Positions 45,637 through 55,577 of a DNA stretch of 64,000 bases are shown here, one piece after another. The position numbers and the translations under genes were made by a program. The stretch's first letter is position 1. Every line of letters begins with the position of its first letter. The notes under the pieces are model-generated. The model did not search any database. It had not been told where the DNA came from and was given only the letters and a program-made list of their open reading frames with translations. Source of the DNA: an uncultured SAR86 cluster bacterium (lineage in GTDB: Bacteria > Pseudomonadota > Gammaproteobacteria > Magnimaribacterales > AG-339-G14); assembly GCA_902632605.1 (NCBI GenBank), contig CACPDB010000002.1, forward strand, positions 99,306 to 163,305, written 5' to 3'.

Positions 45637-45699
45637 GCTTTACTCCTCAATAAATTTAAAACTAAAAAAATTAGTAATATTTTGAGGAGAAAGCCTTTT
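45637..45699 (+). terminator. Long imperfect hairpin between convergent genes
   Basis: GCTTT(A)CTCCTCAA 45637-50 pairs with TTGAGGAGAAAGC 45682-94, inner ACTAA/TTAGT stem, followed by TTTT. Confidence 0.55.
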
Positions 45700-46093
45700 A
45701 CTGCAACTTGTATTTAAAATTAATTTTGAAGTTACTTTGAGGTTCTGCCAAACCACTCGAATAAAAAGAACCAAATTTATTTTTTTGCTCATAATTTTTA
45801 AAATCAATTTCAAACTTTTTAGATTCATGAGAACCTTGATAAATTAGTGCATTTGTTTCTTTATCCTCATCTTTGGAGTCTCTCGTAAAATAATATGCAA
45901 GGCCTCCAATGAGAGCTATTGCGCCAGCGATTGCCAAAGCATCACTTCCACCATAGCCTCCGCCTGAACTATTGCCGCTGCTACTACCGCTACTACTGCT
46001 GCCACTTTCTCCGCTGCCATGATAAGAGGTGAAGCCCAAAGGAGCCATAACAAGAGTTGATATTAAAAAAAACGTTTTCATAGTTTTCTCCAT
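45698..46093 (-). CDS. Hypothetical exported protein with Gly/Ser-rich linker
   Basis: Signal-like N-terminus, GSGESGSSSSGSSSGNSSGGG, hydrophobic AIAGAIALIGGLAYYF. Confidence 0.7.
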   Translation of the reverse strand: MEKTMKTFFLISTLVMAPLGFTSYHGSGESGSSSSGSSSGNSSGGGYGGSDALAIAGAIALIGGLAYYFTRDSKDEDKETNALIYQGSHESKKFEIDFKNYEQKNKFGSFYSSGLAEPQSNFKINFKYKLQ

Positions 46094-46331
46094 AAAGTAT
46101 TAATTAAATCCTGGGAATTGTTAAAGTTCCGTTTTAGCTTCTTTTTTTTAATCGCAGCAATAGGACCAAATCACGATTGTTTTAATTTTATAGAACCTTT
46201 ATTTTTTTATACTATAAAGTTAAAAAGTTATTTATATTTATAACAAGATGACATAAGTGTAATGTGAATAAGAATTTAATTAATCCTTAAGGGAAATGAC
46301 TTTATTTAAGTTAAACTCAGTTAAATAACAA

Positions 46332-46724
46332 ATGGAAAAATTTTCAATAACTCTTGGCAGGTTTTTACTAGGTCTTTATTTCTTACTTCCAGGTATTTCT
46401 AAAATTCCAACCTATACAGGCACAACCGAATACATGCTGCTGCATAACATTCCTTTGGCAAGCATTCTTTTGCCCATCACAATAGTTCTACAAGTAGTCT
46501 TGGGATTAATGCTCATCATAGGCTATCGGATCAAAGAATCTGCTCTAATACTTGCTGCTTTAACTATTTTTATAAATATCGGTATGCATGATTTTTGGAA
46601 TGAATATCCAAATACAGATGCAAGTCATGAAACTCAAAACTTTGTGAAAAACCTAGCAATCTTCGCAGGTTTGCTTGTGTTGAGTGCAAGCGAAAAAGTA
46701 CAGCAGTGGAGACTTTCCAACTAA
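46332..46724 (+). CDS. DoxX family membrane protein
   Basis: GRFLLGLYF, HDFW, FVKNLAIFAGLL. Confidence 0.88.
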   Translation: MEKFSITLGRFLLGLYFLLPGISKIPTYTGTTEYMLLHNIPLASILLPITIVLQVVLGLMLIIGYRIKESALILAALTIFINIGMHDFWNEYPNTDASHETQNFVKNLAIFAGLLVLSASEKVQQWRLSN

Positions 46725-46746
46725 CTAAAAAACTTACATTAAATTT

Positions 46747-48159
46747 CTATTTATTTAAGCTTTTCCAATTCGAATTCTGCTCAAGCTGCAGACTCAGCTT
46801 AAGCAGCAGTCTGTCTTCCCCTATACGACTTGAAAGTTGAATGCCAATAGGCAAACCTTTTGTGTCTGTTCCGCAGGGCAAAGTTATAGCAGGTGCGCCT
46901 GATATGTTTTGATACTTAGTGAATGGTAGAAAATCATTTATTCTTTCCCAGTGTTCCTGTCCGCTAACCTCAGGACCAAAAAATCCAAGCTCAGGGACAG
47001 TTGTACCAAGGGTTGGAGTTAAAAGGATATCGAAGTTTTGCATAAAATTTTCGTATTGAGATACAAAACGCTTTAGTCGCCAAAATGCAAAAGGAATTTT
47101 ATGAATGCTTTTCCAATGACGAGCAATAAGATACTTGGGCCATTGTTCAAGCTGAGTATGATCAAATTTTGGGCTGAGCTCTTTTCCTACTGAATACCTT
47201 ATCAAGAAACCAAAGTGCGCCCACAATAACCAAAAATCTTCATCAAATTTTCTGTAAAAGGGATTAGATATCACTTTAATTTTATGGCCAAGCGAATCAC
47301 ATAGCTTGGCTAAATCATGAGTTGCCTGAACCAATTCATCAGAACTATTTTCTCCAAGACAGTTTTCTGTCAAAACTGCAATTTTTAACTTTTCAGGAAA
47401 TGAATCCGATATGTTTCCTATAGCTGGATATTCTTTAGCAGGAATGTTTTTTTCAATTTCAGCATGAAAGGCCCATGTGTCTCTAACGGATCTCGTAACC
47501 ACGCCATCATGTAAAATATTTGCGGGTAAATAACCTGGGACTTCTTTATCCTTTATCCGACCCCTGGATGCTTTAAGCCCGACCAATCCACAACATGATG
47601 CGGGTATTCTTATGGAGCCTGCTCCATCATTTGCATGAGCTATTGGCACTACTCCTGCAGCCACCAGAGCCGAGCTTCCTCCAGAAGAACCACCTGTGGA
47701 ATAAGCTGGATTCCATGGATTACAAGTAGCGCCAAAACGCAAGCTCTCAGTCGTTCCTGTTAAGCCAAATTCAGGAGTCGTAGTAGTTCCTAAACAATTA
47801 AGACCTGTATTGATGATTTGTTTTGCAGCTTTAGAAAACCTTTCCGATGGCTCCCCTGGAAGACTTCTACTTCCTAAATACAACGGAAGTCCGGGCACTT
47901 CATCGGTATCTTTGATAAAAGTTGGGATGCCTTGAAAGAAGCCTGAAAAGGACTTTACTGAATTTGCCTGAGCTTCATCAAAGTTCTCAACAGCAATTGC
48001 ATTTAATTTTGGATTTACTAATTCGGCTCGCCTTATTGCATCTCGAGTAACTGTTTTGGTATCCAATTCGCCTTTCTTTATTTTCTCGGCAATGGCAACA
48101 GCATCATCGCTACCAAGCGAATCATCTTGAAAAGCACTTACCACGATTTCTGAATCCAT
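46747..48159 (-). CDS. Amidase signature family enzyme
   Basis: PTFIKD (Lys), GGSSGGS, DGAGSIRIPAS (Ser nucleophile). Confidence 0.93.
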   Translation of the reverse strand: MDSEIVVSAFQDDSLGSDDAVAIAEKIKKGELDTKTVTRDAIRRAELVNPKLNAIAVENFDEAQANSVKSFSGFFQGIPTFIKDTDEVPGLPLYLGSRSLPGEPSERFSKAAKQIINTGLNCLGTTTTPEFGLTGTTESLRFGATCNPWNPAYSTGGSSGGSSALVAAGVVPIAHANDGAGSIRIPASCCGLVGLKASRGRIKDKEVPGYLPANILHDGVVTRSVRDTWAFHAEIEKNIPAKEYPAIGNISDSFPEKLKIAVLTENCLGENSSDELVQATHDLAKLCDSLGHKIKVISNPFYRKFDEDFWLLWAHFGFLIRYSVGKELSPKFDHTQLEQWPKYLIARHWKSIHKIPFAFWRLKRFVSQYENFMQNFDILLTPTLGTTVPELGFFGPEVSGQEHWERINDFLPFTKYQNISGAPAITLPCGTDTKGLPIGIQLSSRIGEDRLLLKLSLQLEQNSNWKSLNK

Positions 48160-48236
48160 TAATCTCCCTATATAAATTTAACTATACTTTAATATAATGA
48201 ATGCTCGGTTTGAGGAAATAAAGTAAAAAATTAAAC

Positions 48237-49445
48237 ATGTCTGAAACTAAATCGAAAAACAACAGAAGTCTGAAGCTTCCAGAGGTGAATTGGCTAGATA
48301 GAGATTCTGATCCTAGTAAATTTTTTAAAGACTTATCTTACGCCTTATCGGAATTTGGATTTATGGTTCTTACAAATGCGCCAGGCTTGTCCGATGACTT
48401 TCAACAACATGCTTTTAAAGAAGTAAGGTCTTTTTTTGATTCGCCAAAAGAATTAAAGAAAACAGCATACATAGCAAAAACCCCTTACTTTAGAGGCTAC
48501 AGTTTGCCAACACCAGCTGACAGCAGTTTTGGACAAGTAATTGAAGCCTTTCAATATGGCTTCGAACAAGCGCCCTTATGCAAACATGATGATCGAACAC
48601 AACCAATTCATCGACGTCTTTTTCGCGGGCCTAATACCTGGCCAGATGCTGAGGCACTCCCAGGGTTTCGCCCTTTAATCGATGATCTAAATGCTCGTTA
48701 TCATAGCTTGACTCATCTCCTCGGCGAGGCAATCGTTGAGTCTCTTGGAGAGGATGTTTCCGCATTTCGTGAATATTTTGATTTTGAAGATCCTGATCTA
48801 GCAGCCAGTCTCAATCATAATTTTAGCCTTGAAGCGTATGCAGAAAAAGATAGGGATAAGGTAAAAAAGGAGTACGATAAATTTAACAGTAATAAAGTAG
48901 GCGCTCACATTGATGGACCGCCGTTTATTGCTTTGTTGATCAACGATCGTCCTGGATTGCAAGTTGTTGCCGCAGAAGGTCATTGGATTGATGCTCCTGT
49001 AACATGTAAAACAGCACCCGGTGAATATCACGTTCCAGTAATTCCAGGATCAGTCATAGTAAATACTGGGGGAACTTTGATGCATTTGAGCGAAGGCAAG
49101 TATTCAGCAACACTCCACAGAGTAAATACCACACTGATTCCCAAAGGAGAAACTCGTATTTCAATGCCATATTTTTTAATTCCGAAAATGGAAGGAGATT
49201 TGGTACCGTTCGGAAAGTCAAAAGCTAGTGCAATAGGAGCTGGAGGTTATGTAGCTGGCCGAGATCGAGGAGCCAATGCGAGCGTGAACCGTATGGGCAC
49301 TTTTCCACAAGTGACAAAGCGCTGGTGGGCGAATGAATATGCCGAGCTTAGCCAAAAACAACGTGATGAGGTTAAAGCTGAAACACAGGCGGCTCTTGAT
49401 CTTGCTAAAGAGCGAGGTAAAAGATTTAAAGAATCTAAAATATGA
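48237..49445 (+). CDS. 2OG-Fe(II) oxygenase, isopenicillin N synthase-like
   Basis: GFMVLTN, AHID (HxD), VNTGG, ATLHRV, RISMPYF. Confidence 0.88.
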   Translation: MSETKSKNNRSLKLPEVNWLDRDSDPSKFFKDLSYALSEFGFMVLTNAPGLSDDFQQHAFKEVRSFFDSPKELKKTAYIAKTPYFRGYSLPTPADSSFGQVIEAFQYGFEQAPLCKHDDRTQPIHRRLFRGPNTWPDAEALPGFRPLIDDLNARYHSLTHLLGEAIVESLGEDVSAFREYFDFEDPDLAASLNHNFSLEAYAEKDRDKVKKEYDKFNSNKVGAHIDGPPFIALLINDRPGLQVVAAEGHWIDAPVTCKTAPGEYHVPVIPGSVIVNTGGTLMHLSEGKYSATLHRVNTTLIPKGETRISMPYFLIPKMEGDLVPFGKSKASAIGAGGYVAGRDRGANASVNRMGTFPQVTKRWWANEYAELSQKQRDEVKAETQAALDLAKERGKRFKESKI

Positions 49446-49831
49446 AAATTTTGAAAACCATCTTGATCTTGCTTTTGTCGATGAACCTATATTCGGATAA
49501 AGTTTATTTTATAAATCTTCAAAATGGAGATGTACTGAAGTCTCCTTTTTTAATCCAATTCGGTCTTTCTGGTAAAGGAGTTGCACCGGCAGGTGTGGAA
49601 ATAGCTAATACCGGCCATCATCATTTATTGATAAATGTCGATGAACTTGATTTTACTGAGCCAATCCCGTCTTCGAAGCAACATCTGCATTTTGGCATGG
49701 GGCAAACCGAAACTTCTCTGAATCTGCCTATTGGAAAACACAAGCTTCAGCTTGTTTTAGGAGATAAATATCACATTCCGCATTCCCCTCCATTAGTCTC
49801 TGAAATAATTGAAATAACTGTTATTGAGTGA
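49442..49831 (+). CDS. DUF4399-like exported protein
   Basis: Signal peptide, GVAPAG, TGHHHLLI, HFGMGQTE, LGDKYHIPH. Confidence 0.82.
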   Translation: MKILKTILILLLSMNLYSDKVYFINLQNGDVLKSPFLIQFGLSGKGVAPAGVEIANTGHHHLLINVDELDFTEPIPSSKQHLHFGMGQTETSLNLPIGKHKLQLVLGDKYHIPHSPPLVSEIIEITVIE

Positions 49832-49837
49832 ATCAAA

Positions 49838-50485
49838 GTGAATTTACTTGCAGGCTCTACGGGTTTTCTTGGAAATAATATTCTCAAGGAATTAGGTTTT
49901 AACAAAAGCCCAACTATTGCCTTAGGGAGAAAAGCTATACCCAACCTGCCAGAAGACTCACAAGAGTTATTAATAGATTTTGATAATCTTGACCAATTGA
50001 TCCTTCCGGACATTGATCATGTGTATCTTTCCTTGGGATATCCGTTGATATACCACAATGTCATGGGGCTCATGACTGCCAGTCTTAAAAAAGACTTTTT
50101 CTTAGTGGATTTTACTTATCAGCTAGAAATTGCTAAAAAAGCCAAAGAGCTAGGAGCGAAAAATATTTCTCTCATTTCGGCAGTAGCAGCTGATTCAAAT
50201 TCTTGGAACTATTATCTCAAAACCAAGGGTATGCTTGAAGAGGAAATAATAAAACTTGATTTTGAAAGTATAAATATTTTTCAGCCAGGCCACCTCACAG
50301 GAAATAAGTTTAGGTTGGATATACTTTTTGCCGATGTTGTATCTATCATTCTTGATCCTTTTTTGCTTGGTCCACTTAAAAAATTTAGGAGCATTTCTGC
50401 AAAAAAACTATCTTTAGCAGTGGTTAAAAATTCTTTGAAGGCAAAAGCCGGAATTAATTATTTTGATTACAAAGACTTTATATAA
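49838..50485 (+). CDS. NAD(P)-binding atypical SDR (YraR/TIP30-like)
   Basis: AGSTGFLG, VDFTY, YLKTKG, FQPGHL; GTG start. Confidence 0.82.
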   Translation: MNLLAGSTGFLGNNILKELGFNKSPTIALGRKAIPNLPEDSQELLIDFDNLDQLILPDIDHVYLSLGYPLIYHNVMGLMTASLKKDFFLVDFTYQLEIAKKAKELGAKNISLISAVAADSNSWNYYLKTKGMLEEEIIKLDFESINIFQPGHLTGNKFRLDILFADVVSIILDPFLLGPLKKFRSISAKKLSLAVVKNSLKAKAGINYFDYKDFI

Positions 50486-50549
50486 AGATTTAGATTAAGT
50501 TATTGCACATATTTTTTCCAATTGATAATCTCTTATTAGGAGAGTAATT

Positions 50550-52181
50550 ATGGAAAAAACTTTTGATTATGTTGTTGTTGGAGCTGGCAGCTCTGGTTGT
50601 GTGATGGCCAATAGGCTTTCAGAGAACGGAAAAAATTCAGTTTTAATATTAGAAGCGGGCGGGAAAGATAGAAATTTCTTCATTCATATGCCGTCAGGCT
50701 ATTCTCAGATTGTTCCTACAAAAAGCAATTTGAATTACGGATTTGAAACTGAACCTGAGTCCACAACAAATAATAGGAAATTGTACTGGCCTAGAGGAAA
50801 AGGCTGGGGAGGCTCTTCATCAATTAATGCGATGATTTACATAAGAGGACATGCTCATGATTATGATTTGTGGAGGCAAATGGGAAATGATGGTTGGTCT
50901 TACGATGATGTTCTTCCATATTTTAAAAAAGCCGAGTCTTTCAATGGAGAAGGAGACAAAGACTTTCATGGGTATGACGGACCTTTACACGTAAAAAAAT
51001 CTGAGAGAAGGGATGATGAATTACTTGATGTTTTTGTCGAAGCAGGAGGACAAGCTGGCTTTCCTTTGACAAATGATTTCAACGGAAAAAATCAAGAAGG
51101 TTTTTCAAGGTACGAGCATACTATGCATGATACTAAATGGGGTCCAAGACGATGGAGTTCTGCTAGAGCGTATTTGCATCCTGCTTTAAAAAGAAAAAAT
51201 CTAAATACAGAAACTAACGTACAAGTTAATAAAGTTTTGTTCCAAGGAAAAAAAGCTATTGGAGTTGAATATTCTCATAAAGGAGTGACACAAAGTGTCA
51301 AAGTAAATAAAGAAGTTATTCTTTCTGCTGGAGCCATAAATTCACCTCAGATCTTAATGAATAGTGGCATTGGTGATTCTCAAGAATTAGCTAAGCATGG
51401 CATTGGCATGGTTCATGAATTAAAAGGAGTTGGTAAAAACTTACAAGATCATTATGCTGTTATAAATTCTTTTAATTGCACCAAACCTGTAACCCTGCAT
51501 AGATCGGCAAGTTTTTTAAGAACACAATTGTCAGGCTTGCAATATTTACTCCTTGGGACTGGAGATGCAGCAAATCCTCCTTCCAGCGGTGGAGCATTTA
51601 TCAAGTCAAGTCCTGAAAAAGATATTCCAGACACTCAAATTCATTACGCTTCCTATCAAACATCAGATCTGCATGGTCGAGATGGGATAGATTTAAACCA
51701 TGGATTTAGTTCGGTTATATGTATTCTTAGACCACAAAGCAGGGGACATATTGAGTTGAAGAGTGCTGATCCGAGTGAAGCACCTCTTATGTATCCAAAT
51801 TATCTTTCAGAAGAGCAGGATGTTATAGATACAAGAAATGCTTTTAGAGAATCCAGAAAAGTCTTTCTTCAGCCTGCCTTTGATGAGTACCGAGGAGAAG
51901 AATCCAAACCCGGTCCGGATGTGAATATTGAAAACGACGATGAAGTAGACCAATGGATTCGTGATACTGGAGAAACTTTGTATCACCCTGTTGGCACTTG
52001 TAAGATGGGCGATGACGATATGGCTGTTGTCGATGATCACTTAAGAGTAAAAGGCGTTGATAACTTAAGAGTTGTCGACGCATCTATAATGCCTACCTTA
52101 ATAGGAGGAAATACCAATGCCCCATCTATTATGATTGCTGAAAAAGCTTCTGATTTAATCAATCGAGCTTCTGTTTCTTAA
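50550..52181 (+). CDS. GMC family flavin oxidoreductase (choline dehydrogenase-like)
   Basis: GAGSSG, RGKGWGGSSSIN, YHPVGTC, GNTNAP; substrate not assignable. Confidence 0.92.
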   Translation: MEKTFDYVVVGAGSSGCVMANRLSENGKNSVLILEAGGKDRNFFIHMPSGYSQIVPTKSNLNYGFETEPESTTNNRKLYWPRGKGWGGSSSINAMIYIRGHAHDYDLWRQMGNDGWSYDDVLPYFKKAESFNGEGDKDFHGYDGPLHVKKSERRDDELLDVFVEAGGQAGFPLTNDFNGKNQEGFSRYEHTMHDTKWGPRRWSSARAYLHPALKRKNLNTETNVQVNKVLFQGKKAIGVEYSHKGVTQSVKVNKEVILSAGAINSPQILMNSGIGDSQELAKHGIGMVHELKGVGKNLQDHYAVINSFNCTKPVTLHRSASFLRTQLSGLQYLLLGTGDAANPPSSGGAFIKSSPEKDIPDTQIHYASYQTSDLHGRDGIDLNHGFSSVICILRPQSRGHIELKSADPSEAPLMYPNYLSEEQDVIDTRNAFRESRKVFLQPAFDEYRGEESKPGPDVNIENDDEVDQWIRDTGETLYHPVGTCKMGDDDMAVVDDHLRVKGVDNLRVVDASIMPTLIGGNTNAPSIMIAEKASDLINRASVS

Positions 52182-52184
52182 AAA

Positions 52185-52706
52185 ATGAGAAGAATAATCA
52201 CCGGTCACAATGAAAAAGGCAAATCTATAATCTCTATTGATGGCCCCCCAGCAAGATCAATTGGTGAGGATGCAGGTGGTTTATATGAAATTTGGAATAC
52301 TGATGGTTCTGGGTTCGATACCAAATCAAAAACGGATAGAGCAGATATAGACATTATTCTTTCCCCTACAAAAGGTGGAACAAAGTTTAGATATTTTCAG
52401 ATAAATCCTATTCCAGACGGAATACCACAAGAGACTATCGAGGCAGCTACTGCAGAGGCTTTTAAAAAAATGGGCGCTGCACACCACAGAGTGGATACTT
52501 CAAGAAATGCCGCGATGCATGAGACAAATACTATTGATTACATCATTCTTTTGAAAGGCGACGTTAGTTTGATACTTGATGAAGAAGAGGTGCAACTTAA
52601 ACCTCATGATGTTGTCGTGCAAAGAGGTACCAATCATGCCTGGGTAAATAATGGTACTGAGCCAGCTTTATTGATTGCTGTTTTAATTGATAGAAATTTA
52701 GTTTAA
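52185..52706 (+). CDS. Cupin domain protein
   Basis: RRIITGH, MHETNTIDY, VVQRGTNHAW. Confidence 0.87.
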   Translation: MRRIITGHNEKGKSIISIDGPPARSIGEDAGGLYEIWNTDGSGFDTKSKTDRADIDIILSPTKGGTKFRYFQINPIPDGIPQETIEAATAEAFKKMGAAHHRVDTSRNAAMHETNTIDYIILLKGDVSLILDEEEVQLKPHDVVVQRGTNHAWVNNGTEPALLIAVLIDRNLV

Positions 52707-52718
52707 TTATTAAGAGTT

Positions 52719-53021
52719 ATGTTTTTAGCAATGAATAGATTCAAAATTGTCTCGGGAAAAGAAGAAGTTTTTGAGAAAATTTGGAGAGAAAGAGATTCCC
52801 ATCTTAAAGGTGTTGATGGTTTTATCGAATTTAATTTATTAAAAGGAAAATCATCTGAATCTTTTACCTTTTATGCTTCCCATTCGGTTTGGAAATCCAA
52901 AAAACATTTTGAAGATTGGACTAAATCAGAATCTTTTAAGTTGGCACACAAAAATGCGGGAAAACATCGAGATATTTATTTAGGCCCACCACAACTAGAA
53001 ATTTTAGAAAAAGTTCTTTGA
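52719..53021 (+). CDS. ABM-domain protein, IsdG/HmoA heme-degrading monooxygenase-like
   Basis: AMNRF (Asn), DWTKSESFKLAH (Trp, His). Confidence 0.8.
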   Translation: MFLAMNRFKIVSGKEEVFEKIWRERDSHLKGVDGFIEFNLLKGKSSESFTFYASHSVWKSKKHFEDWTKSESFKLAHKNAGKHRDIYLGPPQLEILEKVL

Positions 53022-53107
53022 CTTCAAACACACTAAAGAATTTTGAGGCTAAAAAAATTTGTGACTTTAAATAATTTGCACTAAAGTAGTTTTACTTATT
53101 TTTTAGT

Positions 53108-53518
53108 ATGAAATTTTCTCAAGAGACATCCGATAAGCTAGCGATAAGCTTGTCAGCAATTTGTACTTTAAACTGCTTGTTTTTGCCGTCCTTAATTGTG
53201 TTATCTTCAGGCTACATTTCCAGTCAAATCGATAGCGAGGCTGTCCATGGCTTTCTTTTATTCTTTGCTATCCCACTATCAATCTTTGCTTTATCTCGAG
53301 GATATAAAAACCATCAAAAGCCTTCGGTATTGATTTTAGGTTTTTCTGGATTAGCAACGATGATTTTAGCCTACTTTTTTGGCGAAGCAGTTTCAGGAAA
53401 ATCCGCCGAACAATTCTTTACAGTCGCTGGTTCTCTTTTAGTTGTTTATGCTCATTATATAAATTTCAGAACATGTAACGATCTCAATTGTGATTGTCAC
53501 AATTCAAATAGTTTTTAA
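53108..53518 (+). CDS. MerC family membrane protein
   Basis: DKLAISLSAICTLNCLFLP, four TM helices, Cys/His tail CNDLNCDCH. Confidence 0.78.
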   Translation: MKFSQETSDKLAISLSAICTLNCLFLPSLIVLSSGYISSQIDSEAVHGFLLFFAIPLSIFALSRGYKNHQKPSVLILGFSGLATMILAYFFGEAVSGKSAEQFFTVAGSLLVVYAHYINFRTCNDLNCDCHNSNSF

Positions 53519-53533
53519 TTTTTAACTTAATTT

Positions 53534-54319
53534 TTGAAAATCAAAATGAAAGTCGTCTTTTTTCTAATTCTTTTTTTCGGATCGCTTCTCTCTTCTGATG
53601 ATTTATTAAATGCTGTAAAAAGCGAACTTAGAGATCCGAATAACTTCTCAAGGGATAGTTATCGAAATCCTTATGAAACTTTATCTTTTTTTGAAATTGA
53701 GCCATCAATGACCGTGGTCGAGCTTTCACCTGGGGGAGGCTGGTATACAGAAATTTTGGCAGGCTTTCTAACTAATTCTGGAACTCTCATTGCTGCACAT
53801 TTTGACAAAAACACGTCAAATAATTATCTAAGAAAAAGCAGGTTAAATTTTGAAAAAAAAATCAATTCCAATCCACTTTACAAAAATATTAAAGTCGTCA
53901 ATCTGACGTCTGAATTATCTAGACCTGAGTCAGTTGATGCCGTTGTAACATTTAGAAATCTTCATAATTGGTTGGGCCCAATGATGGATAAAATTTTTTC
54001 TAATGCCTACAACGCTTTAAAGCCAGGAGGTATCTTTGGTGTCGTTGAACATAGAGCAAATAAAGGAACTTCAATTGAAAACATGAAGAAAAGCGGATAC
54101 GTCACAGAAGATTATGCAATCCAAATCGCAAAAAAACATGGATTTAATTTAATTTCCAAATCTGAAATCAATGCTAATTCCAGTGACACTAAGAATCACC
54201 CAAGAGGTGTTTGGACTCTTCCTCCTACCTTAAGACTGAAAGAAAAAGACAAAGAAAAATACCTTGCGATTGGAGAAAGCGACAGAATGACGTTGCTATT
54301 TAAAAAACCTGAACGCTAA
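53534..54319 (+). CDS. Exported predicted SAM-dependent methyltransferase
   Basis: RDSYRNPYETL, ELSPGGGWYTE, FRNLHNW, VEHRA, GESDRMTL; start may be ATG 53546. Confidence 0.85.
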   Translation: MKIKMKVVFFLILFFGSLLSSDDLLNAVKSELRDPNNFSRDSYRNPYETLSFFEIEPSMTVVELSPGGGWYTEILAGFLTNSGTLIAAHFDKNTSNNYLRKSRLNFEKKINSNPLYKNIKVVNLTSELSRPESVDAVVTFRNLHNWLGPMMDKIFSNAYNALKPGGIFGVVEHRANKGTSIENMKKSGYVTEDYAIQIAKKHGFNLISKSEINANSSDTKNHPRGVWTLPPTLRLKEKDKEKYLAIGESDRMTLLFKKPER

Positions 54320-54376
54320 TCATCCTGTAGTTTCTTTTAATTTGGCAAATTCAAAAAAAATTATTAATATTTTAAG

Positions 54377-55576
54377 ATGTTAGAAAAAGAACAAAAAAGG
54401 CTTTTGAAAGGATTATTGTCCCATTTGGATTCGAAAACCAATGTGGATGCTGGAGGAATCATGAAAACTCCAGCAGAAACTTATACTTCAGAAGAAAGAT
54501 TTAATCTGGAATGGAACTCATTTTTTCAGGACTATCCGCAAATAATTGGCATGTCAGGAGATCTCGCTGAGGCCAATAGCTTTCTGACTATTGAAGATTT
54601 TGGTTCGCCAATTATTGCTACCAGAGATGCTGAAGGCAAATTTAAAGCTTTTGCTAATGTTTGTTCTCATAGAGGCGCTCAAATCGAAACTGAAAAAAGT
54701 GGTTTAAAGTCAAAGTTCTCTTGTCCATTCCACGGTTGGACATTTGATAACAACGGTTCTTTGGTTGGATATCCTAAAAGCGACCACTTTGGAAAAATCG
54801 ATAAAGATTGTTATGGCTTAACCGAATTGCCGAGCCTAGAAAAGTATGGATTCTTGTGGGTTCATCCTAAAACTGACGGCAAAATAGATTTAAAAAAATT
54901 GCTTGGCGTTAAACTCGAAAAAGAATTTGCTGCATGGGACTTTGACAGGTTAGTTCTGTCAAATGAGGAAGAGTACAAAACAGATATGAATTGGAAATTG
55001 GCAATTGATACGTTCGGCGAAACTTATCATTTTTCTGTCTTGCACAAAGACTCTCTTTTTCAATCTTTTCATGGAAATTGTCAACTTTTCGATAGCTTCA
55101 AAAGGAATGGTAGATTAATACTCTGTAAAAGAGATATTGATGAAATGAGAAAGCTCCCCGAAGAAGATTGGAACATTACTAGCGGAACTTTACCTGTTTA
55201 CTACTTATTTCCTAACATTATTTTTATGCCAACCCCTGAAGGAGCTTTTCTTGTTAAGGAATATCCTTTGGAAAACTCTCCGCATAAAAGTATTTCGAAG
55301 ATTTCATTTTATTTTTATCCGGAAGCCATAGAAATGGCAAATAAAATGGGAGTCTCTCCAGAGACTGGTCAAAATCCCTTAGAAGAACTATATAGTGCTT
55401 TTGGCAGTGTCATTAGAGACGAAGACTATGTCGTCGCAGCGTCGTCTCATAAAGGATTGAGATCTGGCAACATTGACTTTCTCACTTTTGGTAGAAATGA
55501 ACCGGCTTTGCATCATTACCATAATACATATAGAGAAGCATTAGGCTTGCAAAAACTTCCAATAATCGAATCTTAA
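54377..55576 (+). CDS. Rieske non-heme iron oxygenase alpha subunit
   Basis: NVCSHRG and CPFHGW (Rieske cluster), ETYHFSVLH and DED (mononuclear Fe). Confidence 0.93.
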   Translation: MLEKEQKRLLKGLLSHLDSKTNVDAGGIMKTPAETYTSEERFNLEWNSFFQDYPQIIGMSGDLAEANSFLTIEDFGSPIIATRDAEGKFKAFANVCSHRGAQIETEKSGLKSKFSCPFHGWTFDNNGSLVGYPKSDHFGKIDKDCYGLTELPSLEKYGFLWVHPKTDGKIDLKKLLGVKLEKEFAAWDFDRLVLSNEEEYKTDMNWKLAIDTFGETYHFSVLHKDSLFQSFHGNCQLFDSFKRNGRLILCKRDIDEMRKLPEEDWNITSGTLPVYYLFPNIIFMPTPEGAFLVKEYPLENSPHKSISKISFYFYPEAIEMANKMGVSPETGQNPLEELYSAFGSVIRDEDYVVAASSHKGLRSGNIDFLTFGRNEPALHHYHNTYREALGLQKLPIIES

Positions 55577-55577
55577 G

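Noticed and set aside
53062-53092. Zur/Nur-like operator upstream of the merC-like gene
   Set aside because: Only 7 of 12 positions match TGCAACnnnGTTGCA; the ACTTTA-N12-TAAAGT repeat is too short to support.
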